DNA of 64,000 nucleotides from Bugula neritina (Eukaryota; Animalia; Bryozoa), in contig OZ037766.1 in assembly GCA_964035545.1 (NCBI GenBank), positions 7,864,722 to 7,928,721 of the forward strand, in the 5' to 3' direction. Both the position numbers and the translations under genes were made by a program. Under the pieces are notes generated by a model. It had not been told where the DNA came from, did no database searches, and saw only the letters and a program-made list of their open reading frames with translations. Below are positions 38,401 to 53,254 of the stretch, piece after piece. Numbering within the stretch: position 1 is the first letter of the stretch; the number at the start of each line of letters is the position of its first letter.

Positions 38401-39990
38401 CTTGTAAGTTTTCAAAAGAAAAGAAATTGAGTTAAAAATGGCTGTTTCTAAACCTTAATCTGAGCAACTCTGCCAAGTTAAACAATGTGGGGGTCAAAAT
38501 AAGAACTACGTATATTAAAAACTTGGCTTTGCTAGTTGCTAACCTAGTTACTTGAAGTATTTACAGGCAAAGCCTATACCAGACCCATAGATAAGGTGTA
38601 TGCAGTTTTCTGCTATCATCAGAACCTACAATAATTTACCAGCATGAACAAAGCAATCTATGAAGTTCAGCAGTTGATTGGTGTTTCGTTCAACTATTCT
38701 TAGGTTACTGAATAAAAGTTTCATATGAAAAAAATGGAAGTGCAGCTCACATCAACTGCAATTATGACTGTTGTTGTGGGCAATTGCCTGGTAGAGGCAG
38801 TGTCTGTAATTGTATCCACTGCCTGTAAAGATATATGTATTTAATATTGTTATTTAATGGCCTGAATTACTATAATATATATATATAGCTTGCGTTTACT
38901 AAGTAGCTGGCAACTTCAGTCAGTGTCCTAAATAACTAGCCTTCCTCCCCTTTCCGGTCACGTGAACAGCCTAGATAATGTCTGCTGCATAGCTCATCCA
39001 ATGTATGTAGGTCAATTCAGCTTTATCTGTTGTGGATAGCCAATCAATTAGCTAGGCTTTGCCTTTCGCTAGTTTTACATGAGTAGGTGGGTGTGTAAGC
39101 TCAAGCAACGCAGAGTATTGTTAAGCTGCTGTTGCTGTAAGTTGTACCTTTTAGGTCATCAGTTAAAATACACTTTTTGTTGCTGTTTTGTTATTTTTTT
39201 CACAATATTTTAAGCTGTTCATCTATTTTGTATTGTATAATCATAGAAAAGTAATTAAGCGGTGAAAAAACTTTAAAATAATGGCAACAATTAAATTATT
39301 CTGACTGGTTGAATATTAAGGTTGTAGTAAAAACCACATTTTCCCTGACTTATTCACTTACAACTTGTTTTCTGTATTCATTTTGTTGCTGTTACATGGA
39401 AAGCAGAAAATTTTTTTATCACTATAAAGTTAAGCACATATATAGTGATAAATCTGCTGTACACACCTATATGTATAGAAATAATTACTTGCGTGTATAA
39501 TATATTATATATTATATACTATTTATTACATTGTATATTATAATATATATTGCACATATGTTGGATATACAATATACTTTATAATATTTACATTGTATAT
39601 TAATTTTGGGTTTAATCAAGCAAATGGATGGGTAAATTGGGTATTGCTGTAGCTTTAATTATGTTATAGTAATATTGTCGAGGTATAACTTCTGTGTGAA
39701 TGTTTACATTTCGATACAATCTCCTTCCTATTGTTGATCGAGGGATGATATTTTTCCCACAAGCAGAAGTTACATCTTTTACTAGCTGTGTTGGAAAGAG
39801 TGTTCCTTTACAGCATTTTCCGCGTTATATTAAATTCTATGCTTGCTGAATTTAGTGCAATTCCTTTTTGTGACATTGTTAAATGTTTATATATATATTT
39901 ACATATATGGGTTTGTATATTATATTTATATATAATATTTATAGGGAAAGTATATTAAAGAACCGGAGAACCTAGAAGTGCCTAACAAAC

Positions 39991-42527
39991 ATGGACCCAC
40001 AAAGTAAGCTTAGCAACCTAGTAATAGCTATATATACATATATTAGTTTTCATATAACTTTATATAAAAGTAATAACTTTGTGTATACAATATCGTGTTT
40101 GTAATACTTTTTGTTGGTGCAAATAATATATAGTTAAAACATAAAATGGATAATAGAGAGGTTGCGGCCTCTATTTATAAATAGTTTTACATATAGGGAG
40201 GGTGTTGGAGTGGCTGAGGTAGAGGAGCACAAAATCTCAGTCTAAATCGTGTGGGTTCTTCTGTGATAGCTCAACTCATACATTCAAGACCCGCAATCCT
40301 GTATTGCTCATAGAGTATACTAGCGGGCATGTGTATAAAACTATTTCTTTACTACTTATTGACAGTTTGGTATTTACATTTAAGAAAAATTAAATCAAAA
40401 TAACATGTGCGATCAATTATTTCAAAATATTTTATCTCTTATGATGCAATACTATTCTTTTAAAAGATGTGATAAAACCGACCAAATTCCATGTACAATG
40501 GTTGCATCACACGATAACAATGCAATAAGGAAAGCAGGCTATTTATAATTGTAATGCTATCTATGCACCTAGAAATCAAGAGGCTTGTATGTTCGTATTA
40601 ATATGAGATAATCCATCAACATAAAGGCTGCTATCTTTCATGAAATCGGACCAGGCAATGGTGTATGCCATAGAGCACCTTTTGTCAATATTCATTGATG
40701 AATATATAGAGTCCTTAATCAATATAATTCTCCAATTCATAAACGGGCTCATTCCTTTACAGCATATATAGTGCATGCCCCTCCATTGATCTATGGTTCA
40801 TTTGCTTCACATAAATTGTAACTCATCAAAAAGAAGCCTGCCATATGCTATGTCATAGAGAGAGAGAGAGTGGGCTCACTCTAGGCACAGCTGCAGCCCT
40901 TTAATTAGCACAGTTGTTTATGCTACAATGTAGTACAGTGAGTGCTGCACATGCATAACTTTTCTAGTATATGTTTTAAGAAGAATCAGTGAGCTGGATT
41001 ATGATGTATTGGAAATCCAAGATAGCATATAAATATAAAATAAACGGAGACTGTAGTAGACTGCTTTCACCGTATAATTGTGTACAGTTTTTATATTCTA
41101 ATATTAACAGAAAATGCAGGCTATGGACAAGCAAGCTATGGACAACCGGGCTATGGCCAACCACAGACTGTAGTGATAAGTAAGATATAATTAGTAAAAG
41201 CTCTTATAGTCTCAGGAAATTATTAATGTTTTTTTTATTATTTCTTATATGCTTGTATAAAAGGTGTGTTATTTTTATTTGTTTATTACAAAAAAATTCA
41301 GGGTTGTAGAGGTATATGAGGATATTCTAAGAGTCAAGATTACAACTTGTAAATTTTAAGAGCACAATTGACTTTTTGGCTTACAGCGTTTATTATAAAT
41401 TCGCTTTCTATCTATTTAGTATTACAAAAGATACTTTTATTTTCAAAAATAACTTTAGCATTCGATTTATTTTTGTTCTACATATGTTATATGCTTACAC
41501 ACGAGACTGATCTTAATTGTAGCACTAATAGTAGTTTCAGTAGCATAACCCTACTGGTACATGTTACCTTGTTCTGTGCATGATAGCTTTTCTGAAAGAA
41601 ATGCATGTAACCAGCATAATCTACTCTCACAAATGTTGTAGATCAAACCACTGCAGTGCCAGGTAATGACTGCCTAGTGTGCTCTGTGCTGAACCTGATT
41701 TTCTGCAACATTTTGTTTGGCGCTATCGCAGTTGCCTTCTCCTGCATGGCAAGAGATGCATATGACAGAGGTGAGTTTCCAAATATACAGTGGGATGATT
41801 TTGTGTAAACAGGGAGACAACTCCATTGAATGTTGTACATTGCTAGACTCCAATTATCAGTTCCATGGTTGCATTCATGCATGCAATATATAAGATACAT
41901 GGTTTTCACAACCTATTTATTAGGAACAAATGGTGATTTAGGCAGTGTTTCTGTTACACTATTGATGTTTTACAAAAGGTATTCTGAAATATATTCTGTT
42001 TTAAATTAAGCTTGTTCCTACAGGCATAACTCATTAAAACTGATATATGATGCAGATAAAACCATAGCCATAGCTTTGTATATTGCTAACAAGTTGTGAT
42101 GTAAGGTTATAATAGTTGTAAATGTAGACTTTTCTGTTAGAAGGCTAGTAATTAGAATCAACCAGCATCCAGCAAAAATATTTCACTAGTATGTAGTAGA
42201 GGTGAATCAGTTTATACTGTGATTACAAAGATGGTATGCTCTACATAAAAACAACTAGAGTACAATATCAAATATACTATGCAATTGTGGAGTGTGAAAT
42301 TCTTCTACACCCACAACACATTATCTCTTATAATTAATCAAATACATCTGTAAAATACTTGAACTTTTGTAGGGGACATTGTTTCAGGGAACAACCATGC
42401 CAAGATCGCCAAAATCATGAATATTATTGGGCCTGTACTTACTGCCATCATCATCATCATTGTTGTTGTTTATGTTGTTGTTATTGTGGGTGCAGCTGCC
42501 TCTGCGTCTGCGTCTGTATACGGTTAA
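39991..42527 (+). CDS. CD225/dispanin family (IFITM/PRRT-like) membrane protein, 121 aa; exons 39991-40003, 41111-41179, 41642-41770, 42373-42527
   Basis: Phase-consistent GT-AG exons give MDPQKNAGYGQASYGQPGYGQPQTVVINQTTAVPGNDCLVCSVLNLIFCNILFGAIAVAFSCMARDAYDRGDIVSGNNHAKIAKIMNIIGPVLTAIIIIIVVVYVVVIVGAAASASASVYG*. This fits the CD225 pattern D..V.S..N..F.N...G..A...S...RD....GD......A..AK..NI followed by a C-terminal TM helix. Confidence 0.85.
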
Positions 42528-43176
42528 TTACCAGCACAGTAATGGACAAAAATACATTTATTTTCTTATTGCAATCATGGAATAACAGCATTGTGATGAT
42601 TGAATACCAATTGGAAATCACTTATATTATCTTACAATTATTAACACAGTATGTATTTTCTTTTATGGCATAAACATAGTGTACTAGTATTGAACAGACA
42701 TAACTAACTTTTACACATGAATCAGTGAAATTTATATATAGTATAATAAAACATTTGTATGATTAAAAAACATTTCAACTAATTCCTTAACCACTGCTAA
42801 AATGTGATTCTGAAAAAGCAAGCATCATTAGATGATTAATGATGTCAGCAGATGATAAAAATGTCATAAAGAACTAAAATGGTAAATATAATAAAAACTG
42901 TCAGGCTGTAATGATGAACAGCTTCGCTCAGTTTAGCATATCTCTGGTGTGGACATGGTTGAGCTAAAAGGCATACTGGACCAAGCATGGAATGAGGACA
43001 CATTACCACAACCAGGGACGGCCAACAAGGTAGGTGGGGTGGCTTTACACTCCTTTCCCAGTTTATATGGCATAGAGTAGACAACTCCTAGTAGTTTTGC
43101 AAATAGCAACTATGAGAAGTACTGTATACTCTTGAAGTCCATCACTTAGTAATGTCGTCAGATTGTGGCTTTCAAG

Positions 43177-45798
43177 TTATAGGCCAGACTCTATTTTCTT
43201 GAAACTAGGCCTTATCTAAAATAAAAATCCAGAAGGGATAAACCCTACAAGGGTACTTGAAGAGGGTACTCATTAATACTCGAGTAAAATCAGCAATCTG
43301 TCTGTTTAAATTTGTGATAAACCATTTAGGTTATGAGTAAGCTAATGCAATAAACACAAATACAAAATTCACTTAGTAACAAGAATGCTACAACATTATG
43401 TAGCCATCTATTAAAAAACTGCTCTGATATGAGCGATTATATTCCCTCTTTAGATCAACAGTGTAAATTCAAATTATCGAGATATTTCCTAATTGAAACA
43501 ACATCTTTATTCACACAGGTTTCTAAACTAGCTACACCAACTTAGCTTTCAAATCAATAGTTTCAGCTCAACTAAAATGTATCACAAATTGTCAATATCA
43601 TCATTTTCCTCTTTTCCTAAATTTTGTTATTAACCATTTTTTAATGTTTAAATTGGGCAGCTTCAGTAAAAATATATCTAGTGCAACAATATATTTAAAG
43701 CGTGCTAATTATATGATATTGATGGCACACTACCTGATATATAACTCTTCCTTGTACCAACGCTTGAGAAACTGGCCCATAGAATCGACTGTCATGAGAT
43801 GTTTTAGAATTGTCTCCCCTCAACCATATATAGCCAGTTGGAATCTGTGAAGTCATGCATAGCTAACCATACAAATATACCCACTTTTACATAAAATATA
43901 CACTGGGACACAAGTTATGTGACTAGCTAACTAAATTATATTCAACAACTAACCTTCGAATAATAACTAAATCAAACAAATTCCATTAAAGCAAGTAGTA
44001 GGTACGTACCAATACAAATACATAAACACTTATATAAAACATGGACAAAATATTTAAATGTCATTTCAGAATGTTTTTAAAAAAGCAATCAATTTTATAA
44101 CTATGATATTATGCTAAAATTTAATTTTAAAAGTGGTAGCTGAAGAAGTAAGACATTAAAAATGAATGACCTAATCAGAAATATAATAACACCTTTAACA
44201 GATTGCAGAACACTTCAAAAAGAAAGGGAAAATTGGAAACTTCAGTAATGATAATTAACATATAATAATGCATAAAAATATATTTGGTAAGTACATAATT
44301 CTGATTACAAGGACTATTACATGTCAATCATCTGGTTCATAACTGAAGCTGTAGCTAAATTCTGACCTTAAGCTCAGCAGAAAAGTGACACATTATGGAG
44401 TTCTGCCTCTGTTCAACTACATTTGATCTGATAGACCGAATTGGAGCAAACAGGAATTGCTTGCATTAACAATTATATATCATATTACCAATCTTCGAAT
44501 GAGTCATGTCTTTTGTAGAGACGATAGTTGTATGAAAACCCATAACTAGCAGAGAGATATATTATATAAGTACATCAAACACTCATCGTATACATTTTTA
44601 TAATTCTTAATAATTAAGTTTTAAGGTTCTGTAGTAGCAACATGCTTACAGTTGCATAGTTGGCGAACTTCAAGTAAGGATCAATTGGCTCCTCACTGCA
44701 AGGCATAAGGTCCCCCTCCATAGCAGTCACTCTTTTCACAATCAAATCCTTAGGATGTTCACTGCTTCTACATAGCACTACATCTCCCCTACAACACCAC
44801 TGAGTTGGGTAAAATTGAAAAATTCGGATAAATATCACTAGCATGCCATAATGGATTGGTAATGATTTAAAACACTAAAATAAAAATAAACAGAAGAAAA
44901 ATGTAGCTTCAGCTTGGCAGCCAAATTCATTAGCATTAGCAAATAACAGTCATACCTCTTCAAACTTTTTTGTATCTTTCCTTTACGCTTACAGACCAGC
45001 AACACAGCACCTTCTGCAATAGTTGGAGTCATAGAATCTCCGGTTGTCTGTAAACAAAATCAAATTGTTGGGTAAATCTTATAAATTTTGATGAGTGGTA
45101 CAAGATTTTTACAGCAAAGGACTCCTTAGTTGCCAGATTTGATGAAACAGAAAAAGTATATCAGGTATATTTCGCTCTTGCATGGTATTACTATGTAATG
45201 AAGGCACGTTAAAGTTTACTCTTTCTGACTAAAACTAGCAGAGAGAATGAACTTTTAGAACTGTGATTTTAATGATTAAGTAAAAGTTTCCGAACTGCAC
45301 TTCGAAATAAACCGAAAATAGATGAGCGGCAAGAAACATCTGCATAGTGTTGTTTTGTTAGGAATTGGAAAAGGCCCATCAATTTATTGAGAAAAAAACA
45401 TTTAACTTTTTTCTGATAATTATACAAATTGAAAATCTCAGGTTGAAAAATTTGAACAAAATACATGCAATGAGTTAGTTGTAGGAAATAAAGTAGGTTT
45501 CCTAAGCTATGGAAAAAAAAGTATTTGACTTGTCATTAGTTTCTAACCAGCTTTAAATGTTGATTGCAGCAAGTTGACTTCAGTAACTTTAATGACTGTA
45601 AATTGGAGTTACTATTATATTGTACTCTGTACAACAGCTCAAAACCTTGTAACTTAAATTATCTGCTACTGTTTACAGTCTACAGAATTGAAATATATGA
45701 TGCCTCACCATACACAGGCCATACCACTTCTTTTGGATTTCATAGACGGTACAAACCCCAAAGAGACTCCACCAAACTTTCTTTGCTATAGAATGCAT
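43177..45798 (-). CDS. IMMP1L: Mitochondrial inner membrane protease subunit 1, 156 aa; exons 45798-45709, 45047-44956, 44788-44650, 43844-43734, 43215-43177
   Basis: S26 peptidase motifs GDSMTPTI (catalytic Ser), RGDVV, IVKRVTAMEGD (catalytic Lys) and WLRGDNSKTSHDSRFYGPV. The GDN..S.DSR.YGP pattern favours IMP1 over IMP2. Confidence 0.85.
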
Positions 45799-48700
45799 CA
45801 AGCTTTGCTGTGTTTTACATTGTATCTCTCTACAAACACAGCAAATTGATTGAAGGTCAACTTGAGCTCATTGACTGCTAAGAAATAAATTTACAGACCT
45901 ACAGTAAAATTTCAGTCTATAGCACTGATTGGCTACTGCTTTAACTAGTACTTGACAAAACATACCCGTTTTGTTCACCATATCTAAATCATTTCAATTC
46001 TAAGCTCAATTAAACTTGTAATAATACGTTAATATAATAATATAAAGTTAAAATAATAGCCTCAAATTTTCAAACAAACTACAAGATATATAATTGTACA
46101 TATAAGAAACTGGGGCTATGTAACACTTGAACTTTACAAAAATTATATTTAAGGTAACACTTTAAATTTGATATTGAAACGTTGAAAAACGCTGATTAAT
46201 CTCCACATTTAGGTTTACATATTCTTTAGCAAATAAAACTATTAATATCTATATATTTGTAAAGGCAATCGTTAATTAAGTCCGGTTGTGGTTCCAAACA
46301 GCTATCAACATTTAATTGGATCGAACCTCCTCCAGAGGTTTGTTTTAATTAAATTTTGTCCATCTCACCATGTTGGTAAAATGATGAGATGGTCTTCAAA
46401 GTAGCATGAAAATAATTATAATGTCAATCCTGACATTACCAATAGCCTTGCCAGAATCGTAACTTATGTAAATCAAAATATGTAATGTTCATCTATAAAT
46501 TTATAGACAGTTAATGGAGGTTGTTGACTGCTGTGTAGCTACATGAATTTATAAAAACAAATCGGGTTTGATTATTTTGAATTAATACTCGTCTATAACA
46601 AATAAAACATAATACATTAAGAAATAACTGCATTAATAACAGAACTTTTAAATTTAATCGATTATAAAATTATAATTAAATTTTTCTGAAGGTTTTAAAA
46701 GTTAATCGAAAAATATTTGACAATTGCTACAAAAAAATGCTAAATTGGACAATTTATGGTTTTAAACTTTAAAGGCATGGTAACAAAGGGAAACTTCTGT
46801 AAAACATGGCTACTAAAGTTAGCAACCACAAAAACAGAGTTGTAAAACACACATTGAGACGGCACTGCTATTAACCTAAATGTCTTCTTGCTAGCACAGG
46901 TTTGCCTTTTCAATTAACTATATTGCTTTTTCAGCACTTGTTGATTTACTTTTAAAGAGAGTGCCCGTTTGCAAGTAAGTTATATGCAATAGCTAAGCTG
47001 CTTAGTCAATCAGGGTATACTGGTCTTAAAAAGTGCCTGACTAAATGTTCGTCAAGCTTTTCAAGTTTAGGTTTTTCTAGGTAGGTACTGAATATTAAGT
47101 CTGACTACAGTATCACAGTCACATAGATTAAGTCACCTGCTCCTAGATATTTAGAGTGATACATATGTTTACGTACAAAATTGTTCACACTAAGTTCAAG
47201 TTCAAAAATTGTTGTTTGTAAACTAAATGCAGATGCTTTGGATGCTCAACATTTAAGGTCATTTTCATGATGATGATGATCCAGATTTAGCACAGAAATC
47301 TTTTAATTGCAATATCTTTAACATCATTTTATAATAAAAACTATTATTATTTTAATTACATTTATTATTTAATGATTAACTCTTGATAATAATAATTGAA
47401 AATCAGATATTTCTACTTATTTACAACAAATTAATGTTAATGAATTTAAATTTATATTATAAACCATGAAAAATAAAAAAATTAAATAATTTATTATGAT
47501 TATTGACATAGCATTACTATAAGTTTAGCATAAGCAAATACTGAAATAGCATTACCATTATGGTCATTATTATGATAATCATTTATTCATTATGATTATA
47601 TTTATATTATTGATATTATCATATTAAATTTATTATCATAAAATAAAAAATAAATCAAAATACTAAGAAATTGAAAATGTATACCATTTATCAGTATGAT
47701 AATAATAATATATCATATTATAATTGTATGATTATTATATTTATAATCACTCTTAGTTTTACTTCAGGTTTAAGTCTATCAATATCATTATGATTATGAT
47801 ATTGATAATCATTATGATAATGATATTGTCATTGTGATTATTTATTATAATTATAATTATGAGCATGACAATAAGAATAATTATAAATGTAAATATATAA
47901 TTTCTAAAATATAAGCAACTTTAATCATTTTCACTTTCTGATGATCATAAAATTAAATGGGAAAATACTTCGCTGGGTCTGAGAAACAGTTTGACTACCA
48001 GTTCCAGCTTTGGAGCATTGCTAAGTTATTGCTGCCGGAGTAGGGCATAAAAACCCACGCTGACCTCTGCAATGAACAATTATAATATAGCTTACAATAT
48101 TCACTGAACTAGAAGTAGAAACATAGTATAAGTATAACTATAAGTATTTCCAGTTCAATGTTCATTGACAAATTTTCATCAAAAAGTAGCCTCAGCACTA
48201 AGGATGTGTGGATTCGGGAATGCAGATTTCAATAAACTGGCAATGATATCATTTATAGTTCAGTGGCATGCTCTATTTCAGTGAGTGAAGACGTCTCTGT
48301 GTTCGTAAGCAAAAACAGTGAGGCAATTGATCTCAGTTCAACAACTTTGATTGGTTCACTGCTGAAATCTATACTTCTAATTATAATTTGATTGGTGGTG
48401 AGCCACATGGCTCACGAAAGAGGGCAATTTGAGCCATGATATTAGAATTATAGTTGAGCTGTTTATTGGCTATGAGTCTGCTTTGTCTTGTCTTCCACGT
48501 CAGCGGCAGCAGGGATGCTGACGTGGAGATTTGTTTCAAACATTCACACTGCTGCCTATTTTCGTCTGTCATTTGGAATTTGTGTTGCTAATGCAACTTT
48601 TAGGCTCTAAAATTAGCTGTTAAGTGCTAAAACTTGAAATTAACTTACACTTGGTCTTAGTCTTACTCTAGTCTTACAGTTACTGTAACTCTTACTCTTA

Positions 48701-49772
48701 GTCTTACTCTTAGTCTTACCGTGACAGTCAGTGTAACTGTAAGACTAAGTGTTATTAAGATAGTGTCATTGTTGTTGTTGGTGTTACACTCACGCTGGCA
48801 CTTCAACTTGTTGACAATAACTTACTTTTAAGTTTTAGCCTTACTTTTAGTTTTGTAAATTATAAAATTAAAGAATAAACGTTACACTTACTATTAAAAA
48901 ATGGATAGTTACTGTTAGTCATAGTGATAGTGTTACTGTTACACTTACTGTGTCAGTGTAATATGCCCATGGTGACACTGACAGTGACCGGCGTGAGTGA
49001 TGAAATTTAAATTTTATATCACATAATTGATAATGATATTATAATTCAAACTACAATAAATTTAATTATATGAATATTAATAAACATAATTATTGCAATA
49101 AATATAATAACATTAACATAGAGATAGCTATTACTGTTAGTACTAGCATCACTATTAGTATTAGTGTAACTTAACTATAACTCTGTATAGGGATTAGTAA
49201 AGTGTTAACACCATCACGTAACAATCACAATGTGAATGTCAATCAGTATCACTCATCAATCTGATTGTAAATTAAATATCCTTTTAGCTATATTAATATT
49301 TCAACCTTGGTCATCAAATTTAATAGTTATAATCAAGCTCAGTTTTGATCTTCAGCACTCACTGCCATGCTGGTACCTAGTTTGACTATTGAGTGTTGGT
49401 ACTTGATCAATGTAAATGTGATTATCATTATGATTATTTGATAGTCATCTAATCCAGTGTAAGAGTGAGCAAGTTAAAGATTTGTTTTTTTTTTGCAATC
49501 ATAATTCTGATTTTGCATTTATAGTTACAATCTTACAATCTTTGTTATCGCTTTTAAAAATTAAACTAATGAATTACCAAATTAGTAAGGGGCAAATTTA
49601 TGGTGCTCTAACTAGAAGCTGACACTAACTTACTGGGCTTAAATATCAATACAGTTTGGTACGCCTTTTTGCAAAAAAATAATTTACCTTTCTGCCTTGA
49701 TGTTAAATGATCATCATTTTGAAATATTTTTATAATATTGAAGGTGCAAAAAGAAAAATAGTTGCCATCAAG

Positions 49773-52700
49773 ATGCCCAATTTTCAATTTGTTTTCCTTT
49801 CTTTACTACTGACTGGTGTTCTCTCTTCTATTATACCAGAGAATCATGACCGAAGGTCTCAAGTCAAGGTAAAATAAAATCTTACTGCACATCAAATAAC
49901 TCTCAACTTGAAATCAATCATAATTGCATTGTCAATAATATTGAATGCCAATTACTGTACTGGTTTACTTGTGTTTTATAAGTCTTCGTTGTGAATTTAT
50001 CCACAGGATCTGAGTGATATAGAGCATCAACTTAAAGGAGGACACAATGCTGAGTATGATCACGAAGCATTTCTCGGCAAGGAAAAAGCTCATGAATTTG
50101 ACCGATTAACCCCAGAGCAAAGCAAACAAAGACTCGGGTATTTATTACTTTCTATCTTGTTTTATTGTCATTTTTAAGAACTACCAGTTTTTCATTGAAA
50201 TTGAGTTTACATTTTTTGCTACTTAATGATTTTCTTCAAATCTGCCTCACTACTGATAAATTATGTGTGAACATGTATTGTTAATTTATAGTTCCCTATA
50301 AATTTCTTTGACTGGTCAACATTGTTTTGTCTTTAGCGTTTTAGTTGATAAAATTGACTCCGATAATGATGGCTTGGTGACCGAACCGGAGATGGTGGCT
50401 TGGATCAAATACATTCAAAGACGTTATGTTACAGAAGATGCTAAGACTCAGTGGGCCAACTATGAATTGGAAGGAGCTGCTAGCATGTCGTGGGACTATT
50501 ACATGGAGAGAACTTATGGATCAGCTACTGGTTGGTCTACAAAACTGAATGCACTAATAAATTTATTTCAAAAACTAAGCACTGCTTAAGGCCGCTTGTA
50601 CTGTAAATTCATTCTTTCTGATTTCTGCACTTGTAATTTAAAATGAAGCCTTAAATGCTAAGTTGTATAATGGTGAATGATAGCTCAGATTAATCCCAAT
50701 TCTGTGTGTTACTCCCTCACTGTCTTTTAGTTTGTTGTCTTTTGGTGTAGCAACAGAGAATTGTCTCACCATAGCTGTTCGAATTTCTTACATCTTCTAC
50801 TCTGCATCTGAACTCCTTCATATCATTCTCTACCCTCAGTCCTATCTCATTCATATCATGTTTTACCCGCAGTCATTGCTCTTCCACGTGATTTTTCACT
50901 ATGTTCATGAACCTTCTTTTGGTTCATCTCTTTCTGCTTCCTAACAACGCTCTTTCCCCGTGTAGTCATCATCTCTGCTCAACACATGGTCATACTACCT
51001 CAGTATAGACTCTTCACTCTAATACTTCCCACACCTGCTGTTCTCCTTTAACGCTATCCATCCTCCTCACTCCATTACTACTCTAAGAATTCTCATTCAC
51101 ATCTAAGTCAGCTTCCTGCTTTCCAGTTAATCTCACTATCTCTAAGCCATGTATTACTTTCTACTTCACTGCTGCACTGTGTATTTCTCCCTTCAACCTA
51201 ATCCACACATTCTTATCACATATATTTTGCATCCTTGATGCAGTTATGGCATCCAGGCATGAACTTATCAAAAATCTCACACAAAGCACTTATTCTTGTA
51301 CCTTTGCCGTGTTAATCACAAATATGCACACAAATATGCACACAAATTCCAATTCTCACACCAAAAAACTTTTCCCACACATTTACCATGTTAGTTTGAT
51401 GGCTCTCGTTTCTATAAGCAGGTACTAGCAAGCTCTCCTCCCTTTCTTGTAAGATGTGGCCATACATATAGTCTATATTATACTTCTAACTCCAAGGCAC
51501 TCCATGCTTTCATTAGTTGGTGTGTTCAGCTGATTTAGTTATATTTCAGATGAGACAGAAATGAATTCTGAAACTAAACTTCACTTCAAGGAGATGAAAG
51601 ACAGGGATTATCGCCGCTTCAAGCTGGCTGATGTGGATTATGATGGCAAACTGACTTTCACCGAATATATTAACTTTTTACATCCTGAAGATGCATCCCA
51701 CATGAGAGAAGTTGTTGTGAAGGAAACCTTGGATGACCTTGATAAAAATAAAGATGGGCGGATCAGCATTGACGAATACATAGGTAATGCCCTGTTATAG
51801 ATATGATGTGTGTATTGTAAAGTAATAATCTAATCACTTCTATTTTGTTACTAAATATAAAATAAATATTTCTCTAATTTAAATTTTCAATTTAAATGCA
51901 TTTAGTACATGTTGCGCAGTTTTATTTTGAAAGTCGTCATCTGGTAATTTTTACAATCTGTTGACGAACCAATATTTATAGTGGATATGTGGCCAGATAT
52001 GGGCAAGGAGACTGAACCTGAATGGGTAACTACTGAGAAAGAACACTTTGAGAAGTGGAGGGACCTTAATAAGGTTTGTAGCAGTAACATTCTTTATAAT
52101 TCTTTTATTCAAGTACTTAAAAATATGCAGTTTTTTGCAAATATTCCATAATTAACTTTTGCGGCGTGATACATTTTGATATAATAGAGAAGATGTTTGG
52201 AATAAGTGAGCTAATTGTTTTCCTAGCTTCAAATATGAAATACTTAACTTACAACAGATTTGTTGTTAATAACAATGTCAGATATTCCTACTAATCTCCC
52301 ATTTGATAAACAAATTCATGTTTTGTATGAACAACTATTAAAACGCAGTGTTCTATTGGTTTTAGGATGGTTTTCTTGACTCCAATGAGATTCAGCATTG
52401 GGTGATGCCTGATGACTATGACCATGCTATAGCAGAGAGCCGCCATCTTATATATGAGGCAGATTCCTCTAAGGTCAGTTAGTTATCAAACCTGTGCAAT
52501 CAGAGAAGGTGCTCACTATAAACATTGAGGCAGTTCTCTTCAGTAAAATGCTTTCTTTTCTCCAGTAGCTGCCAGACACACTATTAGCTCTGAGCTAGCA
52601 AATGTTGGAAAATATCGATTCGAATGCCTACAACTCCTAACATGCTTGTTGGTTGATAGTGGAAGCAGTTTTATCCAGAAATCAGTTGGTCATTTACTAC

Positions 52701-53254
52701 CAATCATCTTCTAACTTAACAAGCCTCTAATTATGGCTAAATTTTTATTGGAATTCACCACATTAGCAAGCGATAAAAGTCAGCAATCATTAGTATCAGC
52801 TCGTGGGCACTAAAACAAGCAAAGCAGCAAGTGAGCCATAATCCAAAATTAATTCAAGAAGTGTGTGCACAAATCTATTATAAAACCAATGTTCTTAGGC
52901 ACACTGCTCTGAAGTATTTGCATGATGACCATAATATATAGGAATAATTTAATACTACATAAATGTAACATTTAAGTAAATAATTTAAAATTGTTTATAA
53001 AGCTATTGGGTGGTTAGGTACACTGTTTCCGCTCATCCGTTAAATGAGTTAGTTAGTGAGAATTAGTTATCAGCTGGGTTGTTTTTTAACTAATTAGATA
53101 TAGTCAGTCATCATTGTTTTTGATATTGTAGTGTATTCTGTTATAGGATGGCAACCTTACCAAGAGAGAAATTCTAGATCATTCTGACCTGTTTGTTGGC
53201 AGTCAAGCCACCGATTTTGGAGAAGCATTCAAATATTCCCATGATGAGTTCTAA
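49773..53254 (+). CDS. CALU: Calumenin/reticulocalbin (CREC EF-hand family); exons 49773-49868, 50007-50137, 50337-50530, 51550-51783, 51982-52073, 52366-52473, 53147-53254
   Basis: Signal peptide, YDHEAFLG...[14 protein letters not shown], multiple EF hands ([27 protein letters not shown]), [16 protein letters not shown] and C-terminal HDEF. Confidence 0.92.
50730..51480 (-). mobile_element. Degenerate LINE (RTE-like) 3' fragment in calumenin intron
   Basis: Pyrimidine-skewed block whose minus strand shows decayed RTE C-terminal-like text ([12 protein letters not shown]...[10 protein letters not shown]); no intact frame. Confidence 0.45.

Noticed and set aside
40200-40330. Possible tRNA-derived SINE
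   Set aside because: Only weak A/B-box resemblance; no TSD or cloverleaf.
42359-42673. Cys/His-rich metallothionein-like ORF in the track
   Set aside because: Wrong frame of the hydrophobic last exon of the CD225 gene.
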